A stretch of DNA of 42,147 nucleotides from a virus. Its lineage: Duplodnaviria > Caudoviricetes. Position 1 is the first letter of the stretch. The number at the start of each line of letters is the position of its first letter. Positions 7,918-16,361 of the stretch are shown here, in pieces. The translations under genes and the position numbers were made by a program. The notes under the pieces were generated by a model. It was not told where the DNA came from, searched no databases, and saw only the letters and a list, made by a program, of their open reading frames with translations. The stretch spans positions 1 to 42,147 of IMG/VR virus record IMGVR_UViG_3300032272_000030; one strand, written 5' to 3'.

Positions 7918-8268
7918 CTAGGTCCGTAACCGCTCAAGCGCGGCGCGCAGTTCTGCTACCTCGTTTGCATCGCGGTCGTCTGCGAAAGTCTCCGGGGCGC
8001 ACGTGCAAGGGTCGTTTGCGTTGGGTGTGAGCTGGATGTGCAACCGCTCGCACGTCCCGCACTGCAAGGCCCCGCTGTGGTCGTACCGCACGAGAGCGTG
8101 GTCAAGAGCGACTCCGTACGCTATCGGGCACTCAGGGGCCGCTAGCACCGCGGCCAGTTCTCCCGCGTCGTGCTCGTAAAGATCCACCCGTTCGTACCAG
8201 TCAGATGCCGTGTGCAGTGCTGCGCGCGCGGCGTGAAGTACCTGTTCTGTTTTCGTTTCGGTGGGCAC
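7918..8268 (-). CDS. accessory hypothetical protein (116 aa) with CxxC and CxC motifs
   Basis: GTG start inside the conserved repeat element (VPTETKTEQVL...); contains CGTC and CTC. Confidence 0.6.
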   Translation of the reverse strand: MPTETKTEQVLHAARAALHTASDWYERVDLYEHDAGELAAVLAAPECPIAYGVALDHALVRYDHSGALQCGTCERLHIQLTPNANDPCTCAPETFADDRDANEVAELRAALERLRT

Positions 8269-8304
8269 ACCTCGAGAGCCCCGACCGCGTAAGCGGTACG
8301 GGGC
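8255..8304 (-). promoter_or_regulatory. repeated double-hairpin element, copy 3
   Basis: GCCCCG-T-ACCGC-TTAC-GCGGT-CGGGGC-TCTCGA-GGTG-TGCC-CACC-GAAAC. Confidence 0.8.
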
Positions 8305-8326
8305 GCGCAGGAGTGCGGCGCGGATC

Positions 8327-8764
8327 CTATGCCTGCGCAACCTCACCAGCATCGGTTACGTATAGATACACCTCACCGCAGACCCGCGCGTGTTCTTGTA
8401 GTGCATCCGCGTTCGCTTCGCCATACACCTCACCGCGGTCAAAAAACCCAGCTCCATGGCCGTTGCGTGACAGCCAGAAGTCATGCCCGGCCTGCGCCGC
8501 GTTGCCATATCGAGAGCGGTTTGCGGCGGGGTCGATCAAGCCACTGTGGGCCGTGAGAAACGCGTTGCAATCCGCGCGCATGCTCGCCACAGTACCCGCA
8601 TCGAAGTCGCTCGACCCATAGTTCGCGTCCAACGGCTCACCCCCATAATCGTCCGACTCGTCACTGGTCGACCATAGCGCGCACTCCTGGTAGGCCGCTA
8701 GAAACTCTGGGAGGTACTCGTGCTCGGGGGCGGTTTCGGGGGCGGTTTCGGGTGTGGAGGTCAC
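8327..8764 (-). CDS. acidic accessory protein (145 aa) with a GHDFWLSRNGHGAGFFDR motif
   Basis: GTG start within the repeat element. I recall this motif from uncharacterised phage proteins; function unknown. Confidence 0.75.
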   Translation of the reverse strand: MTSTPETAPETAPEHEYLPEFLAAYQECALWSTSDESDDYGGEPLDANYGSSDFDAGTVASMRADCNAFLTAHSGLIDPAANRSRYGNAAQAGHDFWLSRNGHGAGFFDRGEVYGEANADALQEHARVCGEVYLYVTDAGEVAQA

Positions 8765-8800
8765 GCCCCGAAAGCCCCGACCGCGGGAGCGGTACGGGGC
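8745..8800 (-). promoter_or_regulatory. repeated double-hairpin element, copy 2
   Basis: GCCCCG-T-ACCGC-TCCC-GCGGT-CGGGGC-TTTCGGG-GCGTG-ACCTC-CAC-A-CCCGAAAC. Confidence 0.8.
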
Positions 8801-8819
8801 GGGGCCAAGTGCAGGTTGG

Positions 8820-9476
8820 CTAGTGGTCAAGGTGGCCGATGGCCAGTTCAATGCCACTGGCATCAAGGACGGATTTAGTGAGCGGTTGCGGCCATCCAAG
8901 ATCTTGTGTCCAGACGATGCCGGTCCCTGTAAAGTTGCTCTGGTACGCGTACCCTTCCACAAGATCGGGACCACCCTCCGGCATCTCCTCTGGCCACACA
9001 CCATCTAGAAACGCTGCGAAATCTTCTGAGGTATCGAAACCGTACGCCGCGTGCAAATCTTCCTCGGGCACTGTGGGCAGTTCATCTATCAATGCCTCGT
9101 AAGCGTCGTGCTCTCCTACCGCCGCCACGATACCGGCGACGACGCCAAAGTGACCGCATGCTTCCCAGACAATCCAAAGCGCCTCCCCATAGGCGACAAC
9201 GACGCGAAGGTCTGAATGGCCCTTGTGCATGGTCGCATTGGCGATCTCGGTGCCGTCGCGTAGGCGTAGTTGCGTCTGTCCTTTTTTGCGGGTGGCGCCG
9301 ACCCACGGGCCGGTCTCCACGTGGGAGCCGTTGACGTTGCGCTCGCGCGTACTACCATCGCTGCGCCGGTCGGTGAAACACGCGCAACCGTGCGCCGCAC
9401 GGTTCTCTGTTGCGCCCTTGATTGGGCCGGTGAAAGGGAACGGGCCGAGGGTCTCGATGCTCGTTTCAGTGGGCAC
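8820..9476 (-). CDS. accessory hypothetical protein (218 aa), possibly a fusion of two small domains
   Basis: GTG start within the repeat element. The N-terminal part has NRAAHG...NVNGSHVETGPW; the acidic C-terminal part has EGYAYQSNFTGTGIV. Confidence 0.75.
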   Translation of the reverse strand: MPTETSIETLGPFPFTGPIKGATENRAAHGCACFTDRRSDGSTRERNVNGSHVETGPWVGATRKKGQTQLRLRDGTEIANATMHKGHSDLRVVVAYGEALWIVWEACGHFGVVAGIVAAVGEHDAYEALIDELPTVPEEDLHAAYGFDTSEDFAAFLDGVWPEEMPEGGPDLVEGYAYQSNFTGTGIVWTQDLGWPQPLTKSVLDASGIELAIGHLDH

Positions 9477-9512
9477 ACCTCGAAAGCCCCGACCGCGTGA
9501 GCGGTACGGGGC
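9463..9512 (-). promoter_or_regulatory. repeated double-hairpin element, copy 1
   Basis: GCCCCG-T-ACCGC-TCAC-GCGGT-CGGGGC-TTTCGA-GGTG-TGCC-CACT-GAAAC. Confidence 0.8.
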
Positions 9513-9602
9513 AGGTAGGCCAAGGGGAGCGCGGCCGGTCCTAGCAGGGACCCCCGTGCATGCAGGGAGGTCTGTGCGGTGCCAAGGCGACGCCCGTGGA
9601 AG

Positions 9603-10145
<543 letters not shown>

Positions 10146-10146
10146 T

Positions 10147-10401
10147 TCAGCACCCCCGCCCTTGTACGAGTGCGACAGCCGCGGCTTCTACTTCGACGAG
10201 CGCTAGATACGCCTCGCCCCAAGTCCCGGCGGACAGGTCCGCATCCTCAGCCTGTAGCGTGATCGCCTCGCTCGCATCGAACGCCTGCACGCTCTCCAGT
10301 CGGCGTTTGATGTCGCAGATCCGCCCCATCACGTCACGCGCGCAAATCTGCGCGTGCCGATCGTCGCAGGTCTCAGTCACCGCCTCCGGTTGGGTGTCCA
10401 C
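10147..10401 (-). CDS. accessory hypothetical protein (84 aa)
   Basis: GTG start at 10401 overlaps the upstream TAG (TAGTG); the stop lies 1 nt before the next ATG. Confidence 0.55.
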   Translation of the reverse strand: MDTQPEAVTETCDDRHAQICARDVMGRICDIKRRLESVQAFDASEAITLQAEDADLSAGTWGEAYLALVEVEAAAVALVQGRGC

Positions 10402-10517
10402 TAGACCAACCCTCCCAGGGCCACAACGCAAGGGAGCGCCCAGAGCATCGCGGAAAGTGTCCAGGCCAACCGCCCGCGGGGCGTCAGCTGAGGTGTCGTC
10501 GGTTGCGTCGTCTCCAT
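10401..10517 (-). CDS. 38-aa single-pass membrane peptide, first gene of the accessory operon
   Basis: Manual translation METTQPTTPQLTPRGRLAWTLSAMLWALPCVVALGGLV; ATG lies 6 nt after a -10-like TACCTT. Confidence 0.55.
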   Translation of the reverse strand: METTQPTTPQLTPRGRLAWTLSAMLWALPCVVALGGLV

Positions 10518-10523
10518 GAACAC

Positions 10524-10551
10524 AAGGTAGCACTGGGTATACCATCGGCAA
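10524..10551 (-). promoter_or_regulatory. sigma70-like promoter TTGCCG-16-TACCTT (extended TG), probably leaderless, with GGTATACC in the spacer
   Basis: Minus strand TTGCCG ATGGTATACCCAGTGC TACCTT GTGTTC ATG. Confidence 0.55.
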
Positions 10552-10669
10552 GTGTCGCGGTGTTTTTAGTTCTAGATATCGTCATATCTAGCGATATCTA
10601 GCACTACAGCCCGTTTTCGGTGTTTGCGCCGCTGGCGCATAGCGCAAGTTACTACTCGCGAGCAACGCG

Positions 10670-10965
10670 CACCGTCCCGGAACCGCGTTTCGGACATGTT
10701 CGGACATGGTGTTCGGAGTAATCCTGCAGAAAAGACACAAGGTATCAGGCACTTGGCCCAGATGCAGGATATGAAGCCAAAAATCCGCACCGTATACGTA
10801 GAAACGCAAAACGCATATAACCTCGCGTATAGAGATTTGAGAAGATGTCCTGCATATCCTGCCGCGGTACTCAAGACGTTGTAATCATAGCTGTTTTTGT
10901 GCAGGATTACCTGTTTCGGTATGTCCTGCCATGTCCGCCTATGTCCGAAACGTTGTTCTGCGGTG
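10670..10965. repeat. about 290-bp imperfect nested inverted repeat in an AT-richer non-coding region; candidate origin or packaging site
   Basis: Mirror-ordered blocks CGTTTCGGACAT..CGGACATGG, GTAATCCTGCA.AAAA and GCAGGATATG occur on both arms; TATCAGGCACTTG at 10743-10755 matches the IHF consensus. Confidence 0.75.
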
Positions 10966-11017
10966 TTTTAGAGGTGCGCGGTGGTTTGGGTTGCGGCGGT
11001 GCGGTATTGTCGCGCAG

Positions 11018-11689
11018 ATGTCTACAGAGACCAAACCGCGCCGCGCACTACGAGATGCTGAGATTGGGCTGGCTATTGCTGAACATGGGACGATAGCGGC
11101 GGCATCTCGGGCGCTGCAGTGCTCTCCAAGCACGATTTATAGGCGTTTGCATCGCATTCCGGGATTACGCGACCTAAACGATGGTCCCAGCGGTCTCGCT
11201 GCGCAGGTACGGCTCCGCGTCGTGCACTTGATGGGCACCGCCGTTGAGACGACCGGTGCGCTGCTCAAAGCGGCTAACCCTACGCACCAGCTCGCTGCGG
11301 CGCGGCTCCTAGGCTCTTGGGCCACCTCTGGGGCTCTTGCGGCATCGGAGCGTGACAGTGCAGAGGCGCGGGGGCAGACGGCATCGCCAGAGCAGACCCT
11401 GCGCACGCACGCGATTGCTCAATGCACGCACGCGGAGACCGTGGCGTCACTCATCGTCGAGCATGAACTGTCGGAGATTGCCGCCGAGACGCTGGTACGG
11501 GAGAACGCGGAAGCCTTCACCCGCTACGCCCGCCATGGGCGCGCGCTGATGCGTACGCGGGCTATGGCGCTGGTAGATGACCCTAAGATGGTCGCTGAGT
11601 TGGCGCGCCAGTACTCAGGATGGAGCCGTTCCGGGTACGCGGACGACGTAATCCGCGGTGTCGAGCGCGCTGAGGAGCGGGAGCACTAG
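11018..11689 (+). CDS. HTH DNA-binding protein, probable terminase small subunit
   Basis: GTIAAASRALQCSPSTIYRRL helix-turn-helix followed by a helical QLAAARLL region; first gene of the late strand. Confidence 0.6.
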   Translation: MSTETKPRRALRDAEIGLAIAEHGTIAAASRALQCSPSTIYRRLHRIPGLRDLNDGPSGLAAQVRLRVVHLMGTAVETTGALLKAANPTHQLAAARLLGSWATSGALAASERDSAEARGQTASPEQTLRTHAIAQCTHAETVASLIVEHELSEIAAETLVRENAEAFTRYARHGRALMRTRAMALVDDPKMVAELARQYSGWSRSGYADDVIRGVERAEEREH

Positions 11690-11837
11690 GGGGCGGAAGG
11701 CGCGCAGCGCGGGCTCTGCGCAGAGCGTGATTTGCGCAGATCCGGCAAACAAAAACGCCCCGGCTCGAGCGGCGCGGGAGTCCCATATACACCCGCGCTA
11801 CTTTTTCGCCGCTGGAGCCTGGCCGACAACCCTTTTA

Positions 11838-11849
11838 GTGGTATACCAC
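11838..11849. promoter_or_regulatory. palindrome GTGGTATACCAC, copy 2
   Basis: TAGTGGTATACCACC, then 4 nt, then ATG (11855): same geometry as the site upstream of 3897. Confidence 0.55.
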
Positions 11850-11854
11850 CTGCA

Positions 11855-12355
11855 ATGCGCCTGATCGAGATCCAGCTAGTCGACAATGACGGTAATAAAA
11901 GCGATGTTTGGCTCAACCCAGAGCATATCGTGAGCCTTTCCCAGCGAAGGATCACCCCAAACGTCTGTATTACGCTTGTTCGGGGTAGTTTCGACACCGA
12001 TGAGCCTTTGTGGGATGTTCGGGCCCGTATCCAACGCGCTCTGGGAGGGCTCCCTGAGCCTGAGCCTGAGCCTGAGCCTGCGCCCGTCGAGCCTGCGCTC
12101 ACCCTCGACGACGAACCCGAGCTCACCCTCGATGAACCCGAGCTCACCCTCGACGACGAACCGGAGCTCACCCTCGGCCACGCTGATGTGGCGGATTTCC
12201 TTTCCGCCGAGTCTGAGCCTGAGCCCGCCGAGCCTGAGGAGCCCTGGGTAGCGGATCGCAATGCAGTTCCTGCCAAATATGGACGCCCCTCAAAAATAGC
12301 CTTCGCCACAGGGGCGTGGTGGGGCCGCTACCTCAAGCCGGGGAGGGCGTCCTGA
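11855..12355 (+). CDS. hypothetical protein with an FlbD-like N-terminal domain and acidic Pro/Glu repeats
   Basis: MRLIEI...VWLNPEHIVSL...ITLVRG...EPLWDVRARI resembles FlbD-family small beta domains; PEPEPE and LTLD(D)EPE repeats follow. Confidence 0.6.
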   Translation: MRLIEIQLVDNDGNKSDVWLNPEHIVSLSQRRITPNVCITLVRGSFDTDEPLWDVRARIQRALGGLPEPEPEPEPAPVEPALTLDDEPELTLDEPELTLDDEPELTLGHADVADFLSAESEPEPAEPEEPWVADRNAVPAKYGRPSKIAFATGAWWGRYLKPGRAS

Positions 12356-12732
12356 TGGGCATCCGCGGGGGGTCTGACCTCGAGGACCTCCTCGAGGACA
12401 TCCTTGGCCCCAGAGGACTCGCGGAGCTCCGCGAGACCCAAGAGCGGACCTTTCGAGCACGCCACAAGGCACGCATCCGCGCATGGCGTTGGGGTGTCCG
12501 CGAACGGGACGAAGCGCTCCGCGCGGCTCGTGGTACGCTGTCGCCCATGACCCCTGCAGAGTTCACCGTGGCGGCCGAGCAGCTCAAGGCCGAGATCAAG
12601 GCCGATTGGGCGACACTCACGGACGGCGTTTGGAACAAGAAGGACATTTCCGCTTTGGTCTCCCTGGTCGGAGGTGTCGCTGGCATCCTCGCGCTCGGAC
12701 ACACCACAGCGACCGCGTTGGGATGGCTGTAG
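12355..12732 (+). CDS. hypothetical protein with a C-terminal hydrophobic segment (lysis region)
   Basis: TGATG overlap; ISALVSLVGGVAGILALG. Confidence 0.6.
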   Translation: MGIRGGSDLEDLLEDILGPRGLAELRETQERTFRARHKARIRAWRWGVRERDEALRAARGTLSPMTPAEFTVAAEQLKAEIKADWATLTDGVWNKKDISALVSLVGGVAGILALGHTTATALGWL

Positions 12733-12960
12733 ATGGCAGGCGAGGTACTCAAACTGCTCTGGGAGGGCGCGCGGATCGCAAGGTCGGCGGAAGCTCTCCG
12801 GGCGCGTATGGAGGTCGCCCTGGATCGGTCGATCGCGTGGGACCGCCGCGCCGCGAACGAGAGGAACCCGCGGAAGAAGCGGCGGCAACTCTGGTGGGCG
12901 GGCGTCTGGGATCGCCGGGCGCAGGTGCTCGCGACACGCATGCGCCGAGCGATGAGGTAG
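12733..12960 (+). CDS. basic hypothetical protein (75 aa)
   Basis: ATG directly follows the previous TAG; tightly packed in the operon. Confidence 0.55.
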   Translation: MAGEVLKLLWEGARIARSAEALRARMEVALDRSIAWDRRAANERNPRKKRRQLWWAGVWDRRAQVLATRMRRAMR

Positions 12961-12965
12961 CAGCC

Positions 12966-13310
12966 ATGCCGGATAGCGAAGCGGCTCGATACGAACGGAT
13001 ACGGGCTGATCACTCGCGAATCCTGCAATACCAGAAGGAACACGCCCGGACCCTTGGGCGGATCGAGCAGGCGACGCGCGCCATCAACGAAACGTTAGTG
13101 CACCTCGCGAGCTCCCTGGTGCGCAACCCAACCCCGGTACACGCGTCGCCACTGGCGCGCGCCGTTGTCGACACCGAGCCTCACGAGATCGTTCCGGTCG
13201 AAAGGGAGCGCCGCCGAGACAAGCGCGGGTACCTGCTCGGCGGTGGTGCGGTCGGTGGTGCTACACTTCTCGCTGCACTCAAGATGTTGATCGACGCCTT
13301 CGCGCAGTAG
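12966..13310 (+). CDS. coiled-coil protein with a C-terminal TM helix; holin/XhlA-like candidate
   Basis: GAGGT SD before ATG 12966; GYLLGGGAVGGATLLAALKMLI; immediately upstream of the endolysin. Confidence 0.55.
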   Translation: MPDSEAARYERIRADHSRILQYQKEHARTLGRIEQATRAINETLVHLASSLVRNPTPVHASPLARAVVDTEPHEIVPVERERRRDKRGYLLGGGAVGGATLLAALKMLIDAFAQ

Positions 13311-13319
13311 GAGACAACG

Positions 13320-13826
13320 ATGACCTGCCCAAACACGACCCTCTCACCCAAACGACCTGCAACCCGCACCACGCATTTCCGAATGTCCGAGTTCAGCTCG
13401 CCGGGGGTCCCCAAGGCGAACGGGCGCCACACCGCTCGCGTACCTGTCCCGGCCAAGCTCCACAGCAACGCCGTGGCGCTGATGCGCGAGCTGGAGATCA
13501 TCCGCACCGCGCTGGGCGGTGCGAGCGTGCGCATCATCAGCGGGTACCGGACACTCGCGTACAACAAACTCAACAAAGGCCGCGCGAGCAAGAGCCTGCA
13601 CCTGCAGGCAAAGGCCGCCGACATCGTTGTCCGCGACAAGGAGGGGAAGAAGATTCGCCCGCAGCGGGTGTACTGGGTTATCAAAGACCTGATGAACGCG
13701 GGCGCGATCACCAAGGGTGGCCTCGCCGCATACCCCTCGTTCGTGCACTACGACATCAGGGGCCGCGTCGCTCGTTGGCGGAAGGCTCCCAGCCGTCCGG
13801 TCCGCGGGCTCGGTGCGGCCAAGTGA
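13320..13826 (+). CDS. endolysin, peptidase M15A family Zn peptidase
   Basis: IISGYR, SLHLQAKAAD (H-x6-D) and FVHYDIRG motifs; AGGAG SD. Confidence 0.9.
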   Translation: MTCPNTTLSPKRPATRTTHFRMSEFSSPGVPKANGRHTARVPVPAKLHSNAVALMRELEIIRTALGGASVRIISGYRTLAYNKLNKGRASKSLHLQAKAADIVVRDKEGKKIRPQRVYWVIKDLMNAGAITKGGLAAYPSFVHYDIRGRVARWRKAPSRPVRGLGAAK

Positions 13827-14074
13827 CGCCTACCGAGAAGTACCAGGGGGCCGGCATGGTCCGGGTGCCTGGACACCCGGGGGTGTTTCGCGAGCCCAAC
13901 CCTGTGCAGGACGAGGACGGAGATTTCGTGTTCACCGTACACAAGCACTACATAGGGGACAAGCACCCCTGGGCGTGGGGTATAGGGCTGAGTGTGGAAG
14001 AGGCGATCCGGGCGATGAAGGCCGACCGGAAAGCGCGGCGTCGCAGACCACTCCGGCACCGCCGCAAGCGATGA
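13823..14074 (+). CDS. small hypothetical protein (83 aa)
   Basis: GTGA overlap upstream and ATGA overlap with TerL downstream. Confidence 0.55.
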   Translation: MTPTEKYQGAGMVRVPGHPGVFREPNPVQDEDGDFVFTVHKHYIGDKHPWAWGIGLSVEEAIRAMKADRKARRRRPLRHRRKR

Positions 14075-15678
14075 GACCTGCGGCCAGAGACCTTGCGCGA
14101 ACGATCCACGCGGATCGTGTAGAGGAGCGCGAGAAGGCGATCGCAGCCACGCGCGTCGAGACGCACGATCCGATTGATCGGATCGAGGCGGCGATGAAAC
14201 GCAGCGTGGTCCCGAGGCTGCAACCGGCCTGGGACCTCGGCGCCGAAGTGATCGACTTCCTAACAGGGCGCCGCGTCGGCAAGACCGAGATGATCGTTCG
14301 CAAGTCGCTCGTCGAGGCGGCGAAGAACGCACGCACGATCAACCCGATCATCTACCCCACGGCCAAGACCGCGAGGGACACGGCATGGAAGCCGCTGCTA
14401 CGCGCGCGGCAAGAGTACTTCCCTGACGCCCGCGTGCGCGGTGATCAGGTGGAGATCACCCCGTACGGCGGCGACCCTGTGAACGCGGGCACCGTGCTGC
14501 TGGGCGGTTGTGAGACCGCCAGCGACGTCGGCAAGTGGTTCGGCAAGCCCTTCGCGCTCGGCGTCTGCGACGAGATGGGCAACTTCGGCCCGCACGTCGA
14601 GGAGCTCATCAGTGACGGGCTCGAGCCCGGCATGATGGACTTTCAAGGCAAGCTGGCCGGCGGGGCAAGCCCCGCGCTGTGGCGCAGCGGGAACCCGGGG
14701 CTCGTGCTCGAGGGTTTCTGGTACGACGCGACCGGCCCCAGCAGGAGTCTGGACGACCCGACGTTCTTCACCGGCGACGCGCGAGACAACCCGTACATCA
14801 ACAACGCGGAGGCGTACTTTCGCCGCATCCTCAAACGAAAACGCTGGGATTGGAAGACCCCAACGTTCGTGCGGATGTACCTCGGCCAGTGGTGTCTGGA
14901 CGAGGGGGTGTTGGTCTACCCGATCGGGCCCAAGAACCTCGTCGATCTTCCGTTCAATGAAGCGGAAGGCCGCGTTGTTCTACCGACCAAGAACCCCGAG
15001 GGGTTCCCCCTCCCGTTGAACAAGTGGCGGTTCGGGATCGGCTGCGATACGGGGCAGGTAGATCTGTTCACGGCGGTGGTGCACGCGTCGCACCCCGCAC
15101 TCTACGAGGAGTACATCGTTCACGCGGAGGGGCATGCGAGCATCCTCGACGACGAGAAGGCGCAGATCATCGAGCGCTTGCGGGAGCGTTTCCCAGGCGC
15201 CGCTGTGGTGGTCGACCCGGGTGGCGGCGGCAAGCACCTGATCCAAACCCTACAGCGCCGAAACAAGATCCCCGCGATCGTGGCGTACAAACCCCACAAG
15301 GCAGCGGGAATACGCGAGACACGAGACGGGTTGCTCAGCGGATGGCTGAAAGTGCTGAATCACGAGTGCACAAGACCTCTACGAGACGAGCTCTCCGTGC
15401 TGGGTTGGGACGACGACAAGGTACAGCACAGCAAGAAGCAGGCGGACCACTTCGCGGACGGCATGCTCTACATCGTGCGGTACGCAGCGCACTACCGGAG
15501 CGATCCGGAGAAGTTCAAGCCCAGACCCAAACCGGGCTCGGCCGAGGCGCGCGAGGCCGCGATCCGGGCGATGATTCTCCAAGGCGCCGCCAAAGAGGCG
15601 AGGGCGATCCGAGCTCGCATGGCGAAGGGTCGCCCCAAAGGCAAGAGCGCCCGCCGCAAGAGCCATCGATGGACGTAG
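14071..15678 (+). CDS. terL: terminase large subunit
   Basis: Walker A GRRVGKT, Walker B GVCDE, coupling motif GNPG, DNPYI, RNase H-like GIGCDTG and DHFADGMLY. Confidence 0.9.
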   Translation: MRPAARDLARTIHADRVEEREKAIAATRVETHDPIDRIEAAMKRSVVPRLQPAWDLGAEVIDFLTGRRVGKTEMIVRKSLVEAAKNARTINPIIYPTAKTARDTAWKPLLRARQEYFPDARVRGDQVEITPYGGDPVNAGTVLLGGCETASDVGKWFGKPFALGVCDEMGNFGPHVEELISDGLEPGMMDFQGKLAGGASPALWRSGNPGLVLEGFWYDATGPSRSLDDPTFFTGDARDNPYINNAEAYFRRILKRKRWDWKTPTFVRMYLGQWCLDEGVLVYPIGPKNLVDLPFNEAEGRVVLPTKNPEGFPLPLNKWRFGIGCDTGQVDLFTAVVHASHPALYEEYIVHAEGHASILDDEKAQIIERLRERFPGAAVVVDPGGGGKHLIQTLQRRNKIPAIVAYKPHKAAGIRETRDGLLSGWLKVLNHECTRPLRDELSVLGWDDDKVQHSKKQADHFADGMLYIVRYAAHYRSDPEKFKPRPKPGSAEAREAAIRAMILQGAAKEARAIRARMAKGRPKGKSARRKSHRWT

Positions 15679-15842
15679 CGGGAGAGCACCCGGCCGTGGG
15701 AAGTGCGGCGGAAACTCTTGAATGTGCGGCGGAAACTCTTGAATTGCGGCGGAAAGTTCGCTTTTGGCGTCGATACGCGCTCGCGTGGGGTTTCGGGCTT
15801 CTGGTACTCGCCGCCCAGCAGTGCTACGAGTGGGCGTCGTGA
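15669..15842 (+). CDS. 57-aa membrane peptide
   Basis: MDVAGEHP...RRYALAWGFGLLVLAA; contains a 21-bp tandem duplication (AAETLE twice). Confidence 0.45.
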   Translation: MDVAGEHPAVGSAAETLECAAETLELRRKVRFWRRYALAWGFGLLVLAAQQCYEWAS

Positions 15843-15912
15843 TCCCCGGAATGTGCATCGCAGCGGCCTGTACCTGGCTGTTTTGGCTGTTCGTACGGAT
15901 GTGCGAACCGGA

Positions 15913-15968
15913 CGATATCTAGGATTCGTAGCAAAAGGCTTGCGTTCGGCCGGTGTTGTGCGTAATCC
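15913..15968 (+). promoter_or_regulatory. putative promoter TTGCGT-17-TAATCC with an upstream CGATATCTAG box
   Basis: Non-coding gap ahead of the head genes; the same 10-mer occurs at 10572-10601. Confidence 0.45.
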
Positions 15969-16007
15969 TGTCAACAGGACAGCGGCCATCCAGCGCCGCG
16001 AACTGCC

Positions 16008-16358
16008 ATGCTAGTCGAGATTCCTTTCGAGATCGAAGCCAAGAACAAGTCCAAGTACTCGGGCCGGGTCGTTGTCGACCCCACCCAAGTCGCCGCGATC
16101 AACCGCGGTTACGACCGAATCATCATCCTGATGGCCGGCGCCGCGAACAAAGCGTTCATGAGCACCGCGCCCAAGACAAAGATGGCCGTCGCGAACGGCA
16201 AGCTGTTCGTTCCGGGCGAGGGTGATCCCGATGCGCCGGTGTTCGAGGGGATGCCGGACGACGAACTGCTCAACAAGTGGTACGACGAGACGATTCGCGT
16301 CGTCAACGACGCGTTGGTACCGGCTGTTGACTTCGCGGCGCTCGCAGAAGCCCACTAA
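16008..16358 (+). CDS. hypothetical protein (116 aa)
   Basis: GC3-rich codon usage; first gene after the promoter gap. Confidence 0.7.
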   Translation: MLVEIPFEIEAKNKSKYSGRVVVDPTQVAAINRGYDRIIILMAGAANKAFMSTAPKTKMAVANGKLFVPGEGDPDAPVFEGMPDDELLNKWYDETIRVVNDALVPAVDFAALAEAH

Positions 16359-16361
16359 GCC

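Noticed and set aside
7470-7937. Repetitive ORFs (RAALGHL.../RRWVISS...) across the 20-bp array
   Set aside because: All three minus-strand frames are open simply because the repeat has no stop codon; the region lies beyond the terminators.
8255-9512. Hammerhead ribozymes (C-T-N-N-C-G-A, stem, GAAAC looks similar)
   Set aside because: The core reads CUUUCGA or CUCUCGA rather than CUGANGA, and no stem III partner with an NUH site is present.
8255-9512. Integron attC sites
   Set aside because: The hairpin has an extrahelical base, but there are no RYYYAAC/GTTRRRY core boxes and no tyrosine recombinase in the genome.
13717-14070. N-terminal extension of TerL given by the ORF track (653 aa)
   Set aside because: It overlaps the endolysin and the 83-aa ORF; ATG 14071 with an ATGA overlap is the more plausible start.
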